Under the pieces are notes generated by a model. That model saw nothing but the letters and a program-made list of their open reading frames with translations. It was not told where the DNA came from and searched no databases. The translations under genes were made by a program, and so were the position numbers. This document shows, in pieces, positions 47,291 through 60,671 of a stretch of 64,000 nt of DNA (its first letter is position 1; each line of letters opens with the position of its first letter). Where the stretch lies: assembly GCA_030390025.1 (NCBI GenBank), contig CM059432.1, positions 35,466,001 to 35,530,000 on the forward strand, in the 5' to 3' direction. The DNA comes from Squalus acanthias. Taxonomy: Eukaryota.

Positions 47291-48035
47291 TCAAAGTAAC
47301 CTTGATGAGTGTCCAGATGAAAACAAATGAAATTACATTTTTTAAATATCTTTGTTCTCTGGATGTAGGCAGTATGGGCAAGGCTGCATTTATTTCTCAT
47401 CCCTAGTTGCCCTGAGGGTATTATGAGTCAACCTTGTAGTGTAGTTGCTGCAATGCATCCTACAGATCATGCTTGCATGCTGCAGGCACAGTGCTGGGAA
47501 TAGTGGCAAGGCCACCGATTGAGCAGAATTGGCTAATCTCAACCGAGGTGGCGATTGAGATGCTACAACTCGCCTCAGCGCCCCAGGGCTATGGAGGGCA
47601 GAATCGGGCTTGGCTACGATGCTCCCCAAGGCAGAATACTCTGCTGACAGTCCCCTGCCTAGCTCACACATGAAGAATCTGTCACTGGCTTCAGAAAGAG
47701 AAGAAAAAAAATTGGCTTTTAAAAAGAAAACACTGAGAGAATGGAAGAAAGGGCACAAAAAGATTTACCACACCCTTCATATAAAGAGCTTGTTGACTCA
47801 ATGCGACAGAGTTTAGCAAAGAGAGCGAGAGAGGAAGCGTGTCGTTGGCTCGTCTGTGTGACTTGCCACTTCCTGGCCTGTCTGACGATCTGTATGGGGT
47901 TTAGTGTATCATGGAGTCCCGCTCTGTAGGGAGCCTGTCGAGAGCACACAGCCCAACCGGCCATCACTCATCACTGTTATCAAACAGTGCTCTTCACACA
48001 AACTCCTCGGGAGAACCGCTGCAGACGGGCCGATA

Positions 48036-48077
48036 ATGGACTCATCCATTTCCCAGCCGCCTTCGCCAGCATCTGAG
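48036..48077 (+). CDS. Candidate alternative first coding exon (MDSSISQPPSPASE, phase 0)
   Basis: ATAATGG strong Kozak, 14 codons, GAG|GTAATG donor in the same phase as exon 1. Unique CpG-containing sequence with ETS, GATA and RUNX motifs. Confidence 0.45.
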
Positions 48078-48559
48078 GTAATGAAACAGTAAATTCATTT
48101 GTTTTTATTGTGGTGCCTTTCAGGAAGTATTCGAGCTGTGTTTAAGTAGAAGTGAGGCAACTATTTTCACTGCTAACCCCCAGTGAATGAGCATGAACAG
48201 ATCATTAAAATACTTAAAAGCTGAACAACTTTTATTCCAAGAGTGTATATACCAATCTGAGTTACAGATACTTTTCTAAACTTGATTTTACACCAATAGG
48301 TTGAAAGCCATGTGATCTTCTGATTGTAGATGGCACACGTTGATAATTCTGTCATAATATTTGCACTTGTCTAAGACCTTATCAATCATGTCTCGTAGTA
48401 TTTCACCTGATGAATTACTCTTGCATTGGCTGTTGGTATGTAGGAAAGTATAGCAATCATTCTGTGTCACAACCAACAAGGAGGTGAATGACCAGTTAAT
48501 CTGCTTTGTTTTGGGGCTGTATAGATTGTGGGGAAACGTTGGCCAGAAGTCCATGCTTT

Positions 48560-48945
48560 TAAAAATTTCATTCTTTGGATGAAAGCGTCGCTGGAAAGGC
48601 TGGCATCTATTGCCCAACCCTAGTTCCTCTGAGAAGCTGGCTCTCTTTTAGGAACTGATTTTGTGGTTTGCCACTTCAGAGGTCAGTTAAGAGTCATCTA
48701 GGCCAGACCAGGAGGTTTCACTCCCTAAAGGACATTAGTGAACCAGTTGGGTTTTTACGACAAGCCGACAGCTTCATGGTCACTTTCACTGATACCGGCT
48801 TTTTAGTTCCAGATTTTTTAAATCTCAGAATTTGAATTTGAGAATTCAAATTCTCAGACTGCCATGGTGGGATTTGAATTCACCTTATCTGGATTATTAA
48901 TTCAAGATGCTGAATTACTAGTCCAGTGACAGCCACTACACTACT
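48560..48945 (-). mobile_element. LINE A head+tail SINE
   Basis: Head (TACTAGTCCAGTGAC, GGTGGGATTTGAA), body (CCTAAAGGACATTAGTGAACCAG) and tail (ATTGCCCAACCCTAGTT). Confidence 0.8.
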
Positions 48946-49437
48946 GTACCACTCTGCCCTTCTCTGAATGATGCCACAGGATCTTTAACAGCGACCTGAA
49001 CAGGCAGATGGCACCTTGGTTTAACATCTCATCTGAAAGACAGCATCTCCAACAATGCAGCGCCCTCTCAGTACTGCACTCAAGTATGGGACGCAAGCAT
49101 GCAATCTTCCGACCCAGAGCTAAGAGTGCTACCAACTGAGCCAAGGTGGCAAGCGTTTAAATGAATGAAGGTAGTGAACTTTGCTTCTGTGGCGCTATCC
49201 ACACCAATGGTCCCTGTAATTATTTTTGGCACCACGCGGCCGCTTTAAGGGACTGTGTGGGCCATTCAAGATACCGCACATGCGCGGTTTTTGCATTGAA
49301 AAGCTGCAGGCTGGCTGTGCGGGTTCCCTGGAGCGCCGTGCAGCTTAAAGAGAACATTGATCCACACCCCAACTTTTCCAAAGAACAACACAGGGCTGCT
49401 TCTTGTTGGCATCTAGTGAGCACAAAAGAAAGACCAG

Positions 49438-50061
49438 GGCCTAAAAATTCAGTTGCTTTGCGCCTCCCGTTAACGGGCCGCAAAGCAACTAGCGCCCGGG
49501 TGCGGCGCCACCAACGCCTCCCGTGAAATTCAGCCGGAGGTTAGCGGCAGCGGTAACTGTTAGCGCCCCGTGGCGCTGCGCCGCCGGCGATGACGTCATC
49601 GCTGTGCGCAGCACCCTGGCCGCGATCTTCGGTAGCGCCCCCTGACTTACCGCCGGACGCTATGTCTGACGGGGTCAGGGGGGGTCTACCTGCAGCTGGG
49701 GCGGCACAAATTAAAGGGGAGGTGCCAGGCGGCCACTTTTGTTGCTGGCCGTCTGCCAGCACCGACCCCCTCTGCCGTCCCCGGCCTCCTCTGAAGCCCC
49801 CCTGTGGAGTGCCGGCTGCGCTCCGTGAACCTGGCACTTCTCTTGAGTGCCGGGCTCTTTTGCCAGCATTCCGATCCCTGGTCGGCCCCGGGTCGCACTG
49901 CGCAAGGCCCCTCCCCTTTAAGGAGGGCACTTCCAGTAGCACCCCGCTTCCCTCTTGGGGCGCTACCGATGAATTTCGGCCGCGTGGGCGCTAATTTTTT
50001 CTAAAAGTTGCGCCCTGGCGAAGTTAGTGCCCCAAAAGGGGCACGACTCAATTTTTCTCCC
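49438..50061. mobile_element. Non-autonomous Harbinger-type element inserted in a SINE tail
   Basis: TIR GGCCTAAAAATT / AATTTTTCTCCC; TSD CAG/CTG with one mismatch. Subterminal sequence is related to 35101-35995. Confidence 0.8.
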
Positions 50062-50457
50062 CTGCATTTTTATAGCACCTTTCATGACCTCAGAATGTCC
50101 CAATGAAGTACTTTTGAAGTGTAGCCACCGTTGTAATATAGGAAACACGGCAGCCAATTTATGCACAGCAAGGTCCCACAAACAGCAATGTGATAATGAC
50201 CAGATTATCTGTTTTAGTGATGTTGGTTGAGGAATAATTATTGACCAGGACACCAGGAGAGATCCCCTGCTCTGCTGACATAGGTTATTTTACATCCACC
50301 TGAAAGGGTAGACGGGATCTCGTTTAACGTCTCATCCAAAAGACTCCCTCAGTGCTGCACTAGATTACGTGCTCAAATCTCTGGAGTGGGGCTTGAACCC
50401 ACAACCTTCTGACTCTGGCAAGAGTGCTACTACTAAGTACTAAGCTATAGCTGACAC
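50062..50457 (-). mobile_element. Deu-domain SINE
   Basis: Same family, reverse strand. Confidence 0.83.
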
Positions 50458-52639
50458 TGAAGGGCACTGGTAAAGCGCAAAGGGGGAATTACAATAGATT
50501 GTGAGTCTCCATTTGAGCCCTTGACTGCCAGAGCCTTGGCATCAACATAAAATGATTTGTAAAGCCCTGTGTGTTCAGCACCACCCTGGTGCTGTTGAAG
50601 TAGGTCAAAATACAACCATTTTTATTTTTTACAAATCAATTCATCACGTAGCGTATCATCACAAGGCTTTTTTAATATTTATAGTTTGAAACCCCAGCCT
50701 TCTGGTACTTCACAAAAGTGACCATTGTTCACGTTCATGTGAGACTCCAACCTGTGAATGATGATGGAATATCACCAGTTTGACCCTGACTTCCACACAC
50801 ATATATCCTCTAGATTATTAGTTCAGGCCTCTGGATTACTAGTCCAGTAACATATCCACTACACAACCACATCCAAATACATGTGCTTTCCAATAGGAGT
50901 CACTTGAGTAACGATAAGGAACAGGAACACTGTCTGATTTTTTTTTTATAACTCCTTCCAACCTATTGATGCTGAGGGCAATATGTCATGCACCAACCTC
51001 TGTGCCAATGAGACTAATTAACTGAGCACAGACCAGGGAGTGAAGCCTTTCTGCTCTGTGTGGTGCATGTCCCCATTGAACCATTGGGGCAGCTCTGATT
51101 CTTTTTTTTTCGAGTGCCATTTTATCCTGGCTATCACACTCGCTAATTTTCTTGCCAAGCGAGACTCACTGCGTCCGCAGTTGACGTGAGGCCATTTCCA
51201 AATGACCTGCGGAACCATTTGCTCCATTTGCTAGAATCTGTGAGAAAATGGAAATCTTGTGTCTGTAATAGTTTTTTTTAACTCAAACCAATTTCTCCAA
51301 AAAGTATTATGTAGATGAGCATTCATCTGAGAATGGGGTAAACAAAGAAACTTTTTAATTTTGGGCGCATTGTCTTATGGAGATCTACTGAAACCGTTTT
51401 TATTTCCCAACGGGCCAGTCTCCAGATCCAGCTGCCAGTTACACTCTGCCCCAGTGAGGCTTCGCTCGCCGTGGTGTACTAGACCTCCAATTTACGGCAA
51501 GCTACTGAATTCACAGTGTTCTCTGCATAAGCCGCCATTTACTTATAATTCTACAAAAATCAAACTCTACACCACTGCTCCATTTTCTCCCTTCCTCTCG
51601 CTCAGGTGCTAACTGATGCATAGCGGTCACAACACAGAAACAGGCCATTCGGCCCAACCAGCATGCACCCTCCACGTGAACAAATAATGCTAATCACATT
51701 TGCTTCCCACTGTTCACATAACCCTTCATTCCCTTTTCCTCCATCCATCTATCCAATGTAATTCACTGAAAATGACTTTAAAAATCTATATGAATATTGA
51801 TCTAGTTTCTGCCTCAACCACCAACCCTAGAAGTGAATTCCACAGCCTCACAACTCTCTCTATGTGAAGAAGTTTCTCTTGCCCTCTGTAAATCTCTTAC
51901 ATTTAATCTTGTATTTATGACCCCTCGTTATAAGCCCCTAAACTATTGGAAACATTCTGATTCTATCTACCATGTCCCATCCATTCATAATTTTAAACAC
52001 TTCGATCATATCGCCCCGTAAACTGCATTGTTCTAATTTTTTATAAAAGAAACAATTTTTCAAATCTGGGGTATGGTTCCACAGATTGGGTGGCCCTCTC
52101 TTCACCCAAGTGTCCATTCTTCACATTTCAAAGCATCAGCAGGCTATTTGACTTTAGAGGGCATCATAGCTGACCCTGATCCATCCTTATTTCTATACAA
52201 GTGTACTTTCTAGAATGAAATGGAATAGGGAATCTGCCCGATTTTGTTTTCCTCCCTCCCTCCCAGAAATCACTGAGGCCAGTTGCAGCACCTAAAGTTG
52301 TTCTGCCGGAGATCAGTTACCTTGGCACAGATCGAGGATTGAACTGTTGACCTTCACCTGTCAGAGCGGGTCACCAACGCACTAGATGTTGCAGTTACCC
52401 ACCGAACCACAAGGGAAGCCATCAATCTTCTTTTCTCCAATAGAAACAACTTAAGTTGTGTTGAGTCTCTCCTCACTCCAAGCCCTTAGTCTGGGGATCG
52501 CAGTCTTCAGTCTTCTCTGAACCTGCTCCAATGTTGCAGTGACAGGAAAAATCAGGGGAGGGGCAAGGGGAAACTGTTTTGAATCTCTGTAAAATGTGCG
52601 GAAGATCTCCGATACACAAGTAACATGTAATCTAACTCT

Positions 52640-53042
52640 CACTCCAGACACTTGAGCGCATAATCTAGGCTGATACTTCAGTGCAGTACTGAGGGAGCGC
52701 TGCACTGTCGGAGGTGCCGTCTTTCGGATGAGACGTTAAAGCGAGGTGCCGTCTGCATCTCGGGTGGATGTAAAAGATCCCCTGACTCTATTCGAAGAAC
52801 AGCAGGAGAGTTCTCCTGGTATCCTGGCCAATATTTATTCCTCATCCAACATCACTAAAACAGATTGTCTTGTAATTCATTTCATTGCTGTTTTTTAAGG
52901 AACTTGCTGTATGCAAATTGGCTGCCTGCGTTTCCTACATTACAACAGTGACTACACTTCAAAAGTACTTTGTTGGCTGTAAAGCGCTTTGGGACGTCCT
53001 GAGGCTGTGAAAGGCACTATATGAATGAAAGTTCTTTCTTTG
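52640..53042 (+). mobile_element. Deu-domain SINE
   Basis: Well-preserved core CGGATGAGACGTTAAA and tail. Confidence 0.86.
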
Positions 53043-53434
53043 AAGGTTCAAGTGTTGTCCCATTAAGACTGGAGGGATGTGAGTTTATCTTTTGATTTTC
53101 AGACCACCCCGGCTCCCCCACCACCTCAGTTTCTGCTCTCGGCCTCCCTGCCGAGACATTACATGGCCCCTTCTCTCGTGCAACTCATTCTGGATTTAGA
53201 GCCCAGTTGATGGAAAGGCAGATTCTGTATCAAAGCGCCCTACTCCACCTCTTTGCTCTCCTCCTGTCCTAGTCAGGGCTGGTGACTGGCACTGGGAGAT
53301 TTAAGAAAGAAGAGATTTTTTTCTCCCTGTGGTGAAGTTCAAATTCTAAGGCAACAAGATTAAAAATTTGGGAAGTTATGAGTGAGAGAGAGGACGTCAA
53401 ATGGAACTTTTTCACCCAAAGGGTATTGGACTCA

Positions 53435-53905
53435 TTGAAGCAGGCAGTACTACTTGTATCCTAACCAGCACCCCAAGTTCTGTTCACCCCTCACCCTTGT
53501 GCTTGTTCACATACATTAACACCTGGTCCACCAATACCTCAAATTTAAAATTCGCATCCTCATGTTCAACTCCCTCCCTGGCCTCACCCATCTCTATCTC
53601 TGTAAGCTCCTCCAGCTCTACAACCCTCTGCGAAATCTGCCATCCTCCATCTCTAGCCTCTTATGAATGCTGACTTCCTTTGCCCCACCATTGGCAGCCA
53701 TGCCTTCAGCTGTCTAGGACCTAAGTTCTGGAATTTCCTCCATAAACCTCTGCCTCTCTCCTCCTTTAAGATACTCCTTCAAACCTACTTCTCACCTGTC
53801 CGAACATCTCCTCCTTTGGATCGGCGTCAGTTTTTACTCTCCTGTGAAGCACCTCAGGACATTTTACTATGTTAAAGGATCTATATAAATGCAAATTCTT
53901 GTTGT
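53435..53905 (+). mobile_element. L2 3' fragment, followed by a reverse Deu-SINE piece (53905-54150)
   Basis: Collinear with 44990-45430. Confidence 0.78.
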
Positions 53906-55087
53906 TACATTGAGCTTATCACATTCTCAGGCTATCCCAGAGCGTTACCTTTTGATGTGCAATCACTGCTTTATAGACAAACTTGGCAGTCAATTTTGTG
54001 CACAGCAACATCCCACAAACAGCAGATAAATGAATGACCAGATAATCTAGTTTTTTTTATGATGGTGTTGGATGAGGGAAGAGTGTTGGCCCCAGATCAC
54101 TAGAGAACTCCCCGGTGTTTGAATAGTGCCCTGGGATCTTTTACATATCTAAGTGGATGTCTAAGTGGGTTCAAGAGAAAATGAGCTGTAATTCTGGAAA
54201 GAGAAGGGATCGGGAGATATGGAAGTTGTTCCTTAGTGTTAAAGGATGGAATTGTTGGGGACAAAGGGAAAAACCAGAGCTCTTGAGCTTCAAAGAAGCA
54301 ACTGTGAGGGGGCGTCACTGAGGTAGATAAGACATTAAGCAGCATGAAACGGGTAAATCCAGAGCATTTTTAAGTTATACCATGACAGTGGGCGAAGGGA
54401 ACATGGGGTCAAACTAGGAAAAGACAAATGTAGGATTAATATGAGAAAAGTCTTTTCACAAAAAGTAATGGACTTCTGGGTTTGGATAGTGGAGGCAAGA
54501 AACCCTGAAATTATTAAGAAACAAATGGATGGTGTGATGGACTTCCTCATCATTCTCCATCTTGTGAGAAGGTGGGTTGATGGGAGTTGAGATCATAAAA
54601 AATTGGTGGGAATACAGAGCCTAACACACATTAAAAAAAAATACTACTTTATAATCTTAATCTTAGTAAGAAACCTAATCCTCTACTTCAATATTTCAGT
54701 GTCGGGTGTAGTGAATTGTCAACACTTACCCTGCAGATGTGCCTTAAGGCACCTCAGAGATCCCTCAGAGATAACCGGCCGAGACAGGGGAGAGAGAGAT
54801 AGGGGAGAGAAGATCTAATAGGTTTATAATAATCTTCTTTCCTGTTTCTAACCAAATATTGTGAGGTTTTTTTTAATTAAAAAAATATATTCTCTGGCAA
54901 CTTCTTTAGGGGTTCTCCCGCTGTCTTAACGGAAACCCCAGATAGACCCATAAACAGGGTTTCTGCTGATCTTCCACTGAAGTTACAGTGAACAATTTTG
55001 GAGAACCCTGTTTCACACGTTGGAGCCTAGCTGGGGTATAGGGAATAACATCTGATAAATGAGAATGTGGAAAAGTGTTTAATGGAT

Positions 55088-55548
55088 AGAAAAGAAAGAA
55101 AGAACTTGCATTTATATAGCGCCTTTCATGACCTCACGATGTCCCAAACGCTTTACAGCCGATGAAGTACTTTTGAAGTGTAGTCACTGTTGTAATTTAG
55201 GAAAACGTGGCTGCCAATTTGCGCACAGCAAGGTCCCACAAACAGCAATGAATAAAAGACCAGATAATCTGTTTGTGATGTTGGTGGAGGGATAAATGTT
55301 AGCCTGGACACCTGGGAGATCTCCGCTGCTCTTCTAACCGTGCCATGGGATCTTTTATATCCACCTGAGAGAACAGACAGGTTTAATGTCACATCTGAAA
55401 GTGACGTGCAGCTGATAGTGCAGCACTCCCTCAGTACTGCACTGGAGTGTCAGCCTAGATTTTGTGCTCAAGTCTTTGGAGAGTGCATTTGAACCATGAC
55501 CTCCTGGCTCAGAGGCGAGAGTGCTATCAACTGAGTCACGGCTGGCAC
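55088..55548 (-). mobile_element. Deu-domain SINE, full length
   Basis: Head to TTCTTTC tail on the minus strand. Confidence 0.86.
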
Positions 55549-55710
55549 CCAAGGTGGTGGTGGGCCTTCCCCTTGAATGACTGCAGTTCGTGTGATATTC
55601 TTTGTAGCAGTTTGATGCAACTGAGTGGCTTGCTAGGCCACTTCAGAGGGCAGTTAAGAGTCAACCACGTTGGTGTGAGACGGGAATCACATATAGGCCA
55701 GACTGGGTAA
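55549..55710 (-). mobile_element. Fragment of a LINE A head+tail derivative with a different junction
   Basis: Matches 3240-3340, then jumps to the LINE A 3' region (cf. 16676-16718). Confidence 0.75.
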
Positions 55711-56779
55711 TTAAAAATGTTACATTTAATTTGAAACAGACTTGCGGAAAGCATGTGGTGAGAACATTTTGTTGTGTTTGGCCTCCTGTAATTTTTGGTG
55801 CTTTATCGGTGTTACCGAAATAAACACAGACTACAAAAGGTTGTGTCCGATGGGGATTTTGTCAGTTAAATCTGAAACCAGGAACTCTATTAATAAAAAT
55901 TAAAGCACACTGGGCTGGTTGGGGAATTTGGGGCTTCTGTGGTGCTTAGACTGAGCATCAGTTTCAGCTGATCGGTCAGGTTTGTGCAGCAGAGAACCTC
56001 GTTTGGTCTGGTCCCAGGCAGTCTGGGTGCGTGGGATGTTGAGAAGCCCTCGCCTCTTTCTCTCGGGACACTGTGAAGAAAAACAGTGAGATGCATTGAG
56101 AGAGGGAGAAGGTACAGTGATACGATGAGAAGGCAGGTAGGAGGGATTAAGATAAATCGAAACGGATGGGCCTGTTCAGTCTTGCTGCTCTGTCTGGGTT
56201 GTACCTGTTTAGCATTTGTCCTGTTCGTAAAAATGCTTAGAATTTCTCCACCCCAGTTCAGTTTCTTCATTGGAGTTAAAACCATTTTGTTGCATAACCT
56301 ATTTTCTGCTCTGTTCTGACTCTGCATTCTTCCCTCTTTTGACTGCTAACTATTTCTTCCCCCAATTCTGCTTTCTCTGTGCCTATTTCATGCCAAACTG
56401 ATTTTTCCCCATTCTTTCTTTCCTCCTTCCTTTCCTAATTTTCTCTTTCCTTTCTTCCCTTCTTTTGGCATCCATTGTGATGAATCAGTCCTCCACCCCT
56501 CGCCTGGCGAACTATCCTTGTCCCTCTCCTTGTGTAAGACTCTCAGTTCTTCCCCTCCCCTTCCATCTTGCTTCCAAAGCATTGTGCCACAGAGCAGTCT
56601 AGGCTAGGTCCCAGGCCTAGGCTGTGAATGGCATCAAGCAGTTTAGAGTTACCCAGTCCTCACTTCTCCTCCTCCTCCTCCTCTTCTCTCCTGCACATCT
56701 TACTGGCCAGTTAGCCTGACCTCCGAGCTCTGTAGCATCTTAAACCTAGGCACTAGAATGAGCCCTAAGTGACCCCATA

Positions 56780-58575
56780 GGCATTGGAGAAGGTGCAAAA
56801 AAGATTCACAAGGATACCAGAACTGAGAGGATATACTTAACAGGAAAGGCTGAACAGGCTGAGGGGTGACCTGATGGAGGTCTTTAAAATTCTGAAAGGG
56901 ATTGATAGGGTAGACGTAGAGAAAATATTTCCACTTGTGAGCGAATCCAAAACTAGAGGTCATAAATGTATGATTGTCACTAATAAACCCAATAGGGAAT
57001 TCAGGAGAAACTTCTTTACTCAAAATGTGCTACCAGATGGAGTAGTTGAGACGAATAGCATGGATGCATTTAAGGGGAGGCTGGATAAGCACATGAGGGA
57101 GAAAGGAATAGAAGGTTGTGAAGATAGGATTAGAGGGTTAAAATGAAGTTCGGGACCTAGAACGTCAGGACCCTCATGGACAACCCCAACAGCGACAGAC
57201 CGGAACGCCGTACTGCTTTGGTTGCCCGGGAGCTCAGACGTTTCGACATAGACATCGCCGCCCTAAGCGAGACCCGGCGGGTAGGTGAAGGGGCCAGCTC
57301 AAGGAGCAAGGCGGTGGTTACACCTTCTTCTGGAAAGGTAAACCTGAAGAAGAACGGCGCCTCCAGAGACTGCCCTTGTGGAATAAATGAACGCCTCATG
57401 ACTCTACGGCTCACCCTAGCCCTGAACCGGTGCGCTACGGTCATCAGTGCGTACGCCCCAACACTGGAAGCCACAGATGAGACCAAAGAAGAATTCTACT
57501 CCAACCTCGAACAATCCCTGTCCCGAGTCCCAACGGGCAACAAGCTGATCCTCCTTGGCGACTTCAGCGCCAGAGTTGGAAAGGACACAGACCTCTGGGG
57601 AGGTGTGATCGGCAGAGAGGGGGTAGGGAAAGCCAACTGCAACGGTACCCTCCTCCTGATGAAATGCTTAGAACATGGCCTTGTCATAACCAACACCTTG
57701 TTCCATCAGAGAGACAAGTACAAGGCTTCATGGCAACACCCTCGCTCCAAGCACTGGCATCTGCCGGATTACGTCATCGTCCGAGCGAGGGTCCGCAAGG
57801 ACATCTGCATCACCCGCGCCATGACAGGAGCTGACGACTGCTGGACAGACCACCGCCTAATCCGCTCTGTCATCTCCATCAACGTAGCCCCAAAACAGCG
57901 GCGGCAACAGAAGCAATGCCGCAGGAAAATCAACGCTGGAGCTCTCAAAGGCCCTGCTAAGAAAGCCCTGTTCAGCCTGCGCCTCACAAACAACCTGACG
58001 ACTCCCAGTGATTCAGAGACACAGAGTGTCCACAGTGCCTGATCTGCGCTCAAGGCCTCCATAATCAGCACCTGTGAAGAGACGCTCGGTCACCCGACCA
58101 GGAAACACCAAGACTGGTTCGACGAGAGCGACCAGGAGATCCAGGAGCTAATAAGCCGCAAGCGCAAGGCATTCCTGATCTGGAAACAGCAACAGAACTC
58201 GAGAGCAAGAAAGCAGCTCTACAGACGCCTGAAGGCTGAGGTCCAACAAAAAACTCGCGACCTAAAGAACAGATGGTGGGTGGAGAAAGCGCAGGAGATC
58301 CAGCAGCTAGCCAACAACCACGACGTGCGTGGATTCTTTAGCGCAGTCAAGACCATCTACGGCCCAAGCACCCATGGTCCTACCCCACTGTGGGCCAAGA
58401 ACGGAGAGATACTCATCAAGGACAGAGGCAGTCAGTGCCGGCTGGAAGGAGCACTTCGAAGAACTGCCTAAGAAAAAGAAGAGATGAAGAGGGTTGAAAG
58501 GAGGCTCGTGTGGAGTATAAATGCCAGCATAGACCAGCTGGGCCGAATGGCCTGTTTGTGTGCTGTAGAACGTGA
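56780..58575 (+). mobile_element. CR1 3' fragment split by the RTE insertion
   Basis: EVFKILKG...RRNFFTQ (56874-57146); tail GGAGGCTCGTGTGGAG...GGGCCGAATGGCCTGTT resumes near 58488. Confidence 0.82.
57143..58487 (+). mobile_element. RTE-clade LINE: endonuclease and linker joined to 3' tail, RT absent
   Basis: MKFGT*NVRTLMDNP...DIAALSETR, ISAYAPT, LLGDF, SWQHPRSKHWH, TDHRL. Ends in ACTGCCTAAGAAAAAGAAGA. Confidence 0.9.
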
Positions 58576-59610
58576 ATGTGAGCAACAGTGAGCAGCCAGG
58601 GACCTTGCGCAGAGTTACAGTCAAATGAAAGCCCAACGCTACAAATAAAGACTGAAAGTGGTGAAAGATGCAAAGGATGTTGCAGCAGCATCAGAGTATT
58701 GCAGAAGTGATTTCACAAGTCTCCTTGTTTCTTGGGATGTACAATTCTGTTTAGCATACAGCAGTGGGGACGTCTTGGTACTGGAGAGGGTACAGCAAAG
58801 GGAAACACTTTGGATTGGGTACCTGTTTTACGAGGAGCATCTCCAAGCACTGGGAATGTTTACACAGGAGAAAAGGAGGCCGATGGGAGACCTTACTGAG
58901 GTATTTCAGATTCTAGAGGTTTAATTAAACTGTACCCTATGATGTGTTTGACGTAATCATAAAATCTATGATGGGCAACGATTATAGCACAGAAAAGGGG
59001 AGGTGAAGCATTTACCACAGACGGTGATACATTTCTGAAATAGGGTATTAAGGGCAGGTAAATGGAGCTGAGGTACTGATCCGCCATGATCAAATAGAAT
59101 GGCGGAGCAGGTTCGAGGGATTGAATGGCGCTCCTGTTCCTAGCCTACCCTGGGAGACTGTGGAGGCAGATAGTGTTGGGAAATTCAAGAGGGAGTTGGA
59201 TAGATATTTGTTAGAGATAGGGACTGAGGTTTTTTGGGAGGTAGAGCAGAGTGCAGGATATCGAACTTTGGGTCCAGCTAAGTGGGTTGCAATTCCCATG
59301 TTCTCAAATATGCAAAGTCTTCTCGAAATTGACTAGAGATGCAGTGTATTTGGGTTAGTGTGGGTGTGTTCCCAACACCACCCCCCGCCACCCCTTAAAG
59401 AGACAAACAGAGGGGAGGAGGAAAAGCAGATCGAGAAGGTGAGGGATAGGGACAAAGAGAGGATAGCTGCATATTTTGAAGTAGTTTTGGGGGTAACGGG
59501 GTTGTAGTTGAGTCAGCATTATCAAAATGAAACCTTGGAGCCGAGCTCTAATAAAGGGCCACACTTTAACATTAACCTGTCTTTTCTTTGCTGTGCATTT
59601 CACGTACATT

Positions 59611-59706
59611 GGCCCGGAATTTCCTTGGTAGCTGCTCCCCGCTCCACCAGCGTGACTTCGCCAGGAGCGCGGCAGAGCAAAAGCTGCTCTGAGGAAATTC
59701 CAGGCC
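59611..59706. mobile_element. 96-bp Harbinger-type MITE
   Basis: TIR GGCCCGGAATTTCCT / AGGAAATTCCAGGCC (14/15); flanks ATT/TTT. Confidence 0.7.
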
Positions 59707-60189
59707 TTTCCATTTGTGGAAGAAGGCTGTTGCCCGATGATGGGGAGCGAATGGTTAACCCGTTCGTGCGACTTTTCCCCGTCCGCTATTTAAACATCAA
59801 CTTTGCATTCTCACGACACTCCCCGCTTGGAGCAAGATGTCTCTGAACACTTAGCAATAAGCAGGAAAGAGGCACAATGGGCAACCAAACACACGGCTGT
59901 GGAGGAGGGCATGGACGAGATTTTTCAAAGCGGGGATGGAGATGGCAAGGTGAGGAGAACTGGGCCGCCAGTGGTAGAGAGGAGGCGCTGAGGAGAACAA
60001 ACTGGGTAACATTTCCATTAAGAGAACAGGAATGTCTTATAAGAATATTACCTGTTACCACCAACAGTAATTTCTGGCCTGTATTGCTCCTTTGATCCTA
60101 AGTATCAAACTAAGTACATGAAAATATGGTTTTCCGGAGCAGGAAATAGGGACTGAATATTGTACTCTTTACTGACTTCCTCCAAGAAG

Positions 60190-60595
60190 GAGAAAGAGCT
60201 TGCATTTATATAGCACCTTTCACGACCTCAGAACGTCCCAAGCTTTACAACCAATGAAGAAGTACTTTTGAAGTATAGTCACTGTTGTAATGTAATGGGC
60301 CATACGCACAGCCAACTCCCACAAACAGCAATGCGATAATAACCAGATCATCTGTTTTAGTGATGTTGGTTGAGGGATAAATATTGGCCAGGACACCGGA
60401 GGGAACTCCTCAACTCTTCTTCGAAATAGTGCCCTGGAATCTTTTACATCCACCTGAGAGGTCAGACGGGGCCTCAGTATTCCCTCAGTATTGCATTGAA
60501 GTATCAGCCTAGATGATGTGCTCAAGTCTCTAGCATGGGACTTGAACCCACAACCTTCTGACTCAGGCGAGAGCGCTACCAACTGAACCACAGCC
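60190..60595 (-). mobile_element. Deu-domain SINE
   Basis: Same family, reverse strand. Confidence 0.85.
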
Positions 60596-60671
60596 TCTAA
60601 TCTGGAGTTTGCAATCTACTGCACTCATAACAATGATTAATATCACCCCTTATATGTCAGGTCAGTTGTCA

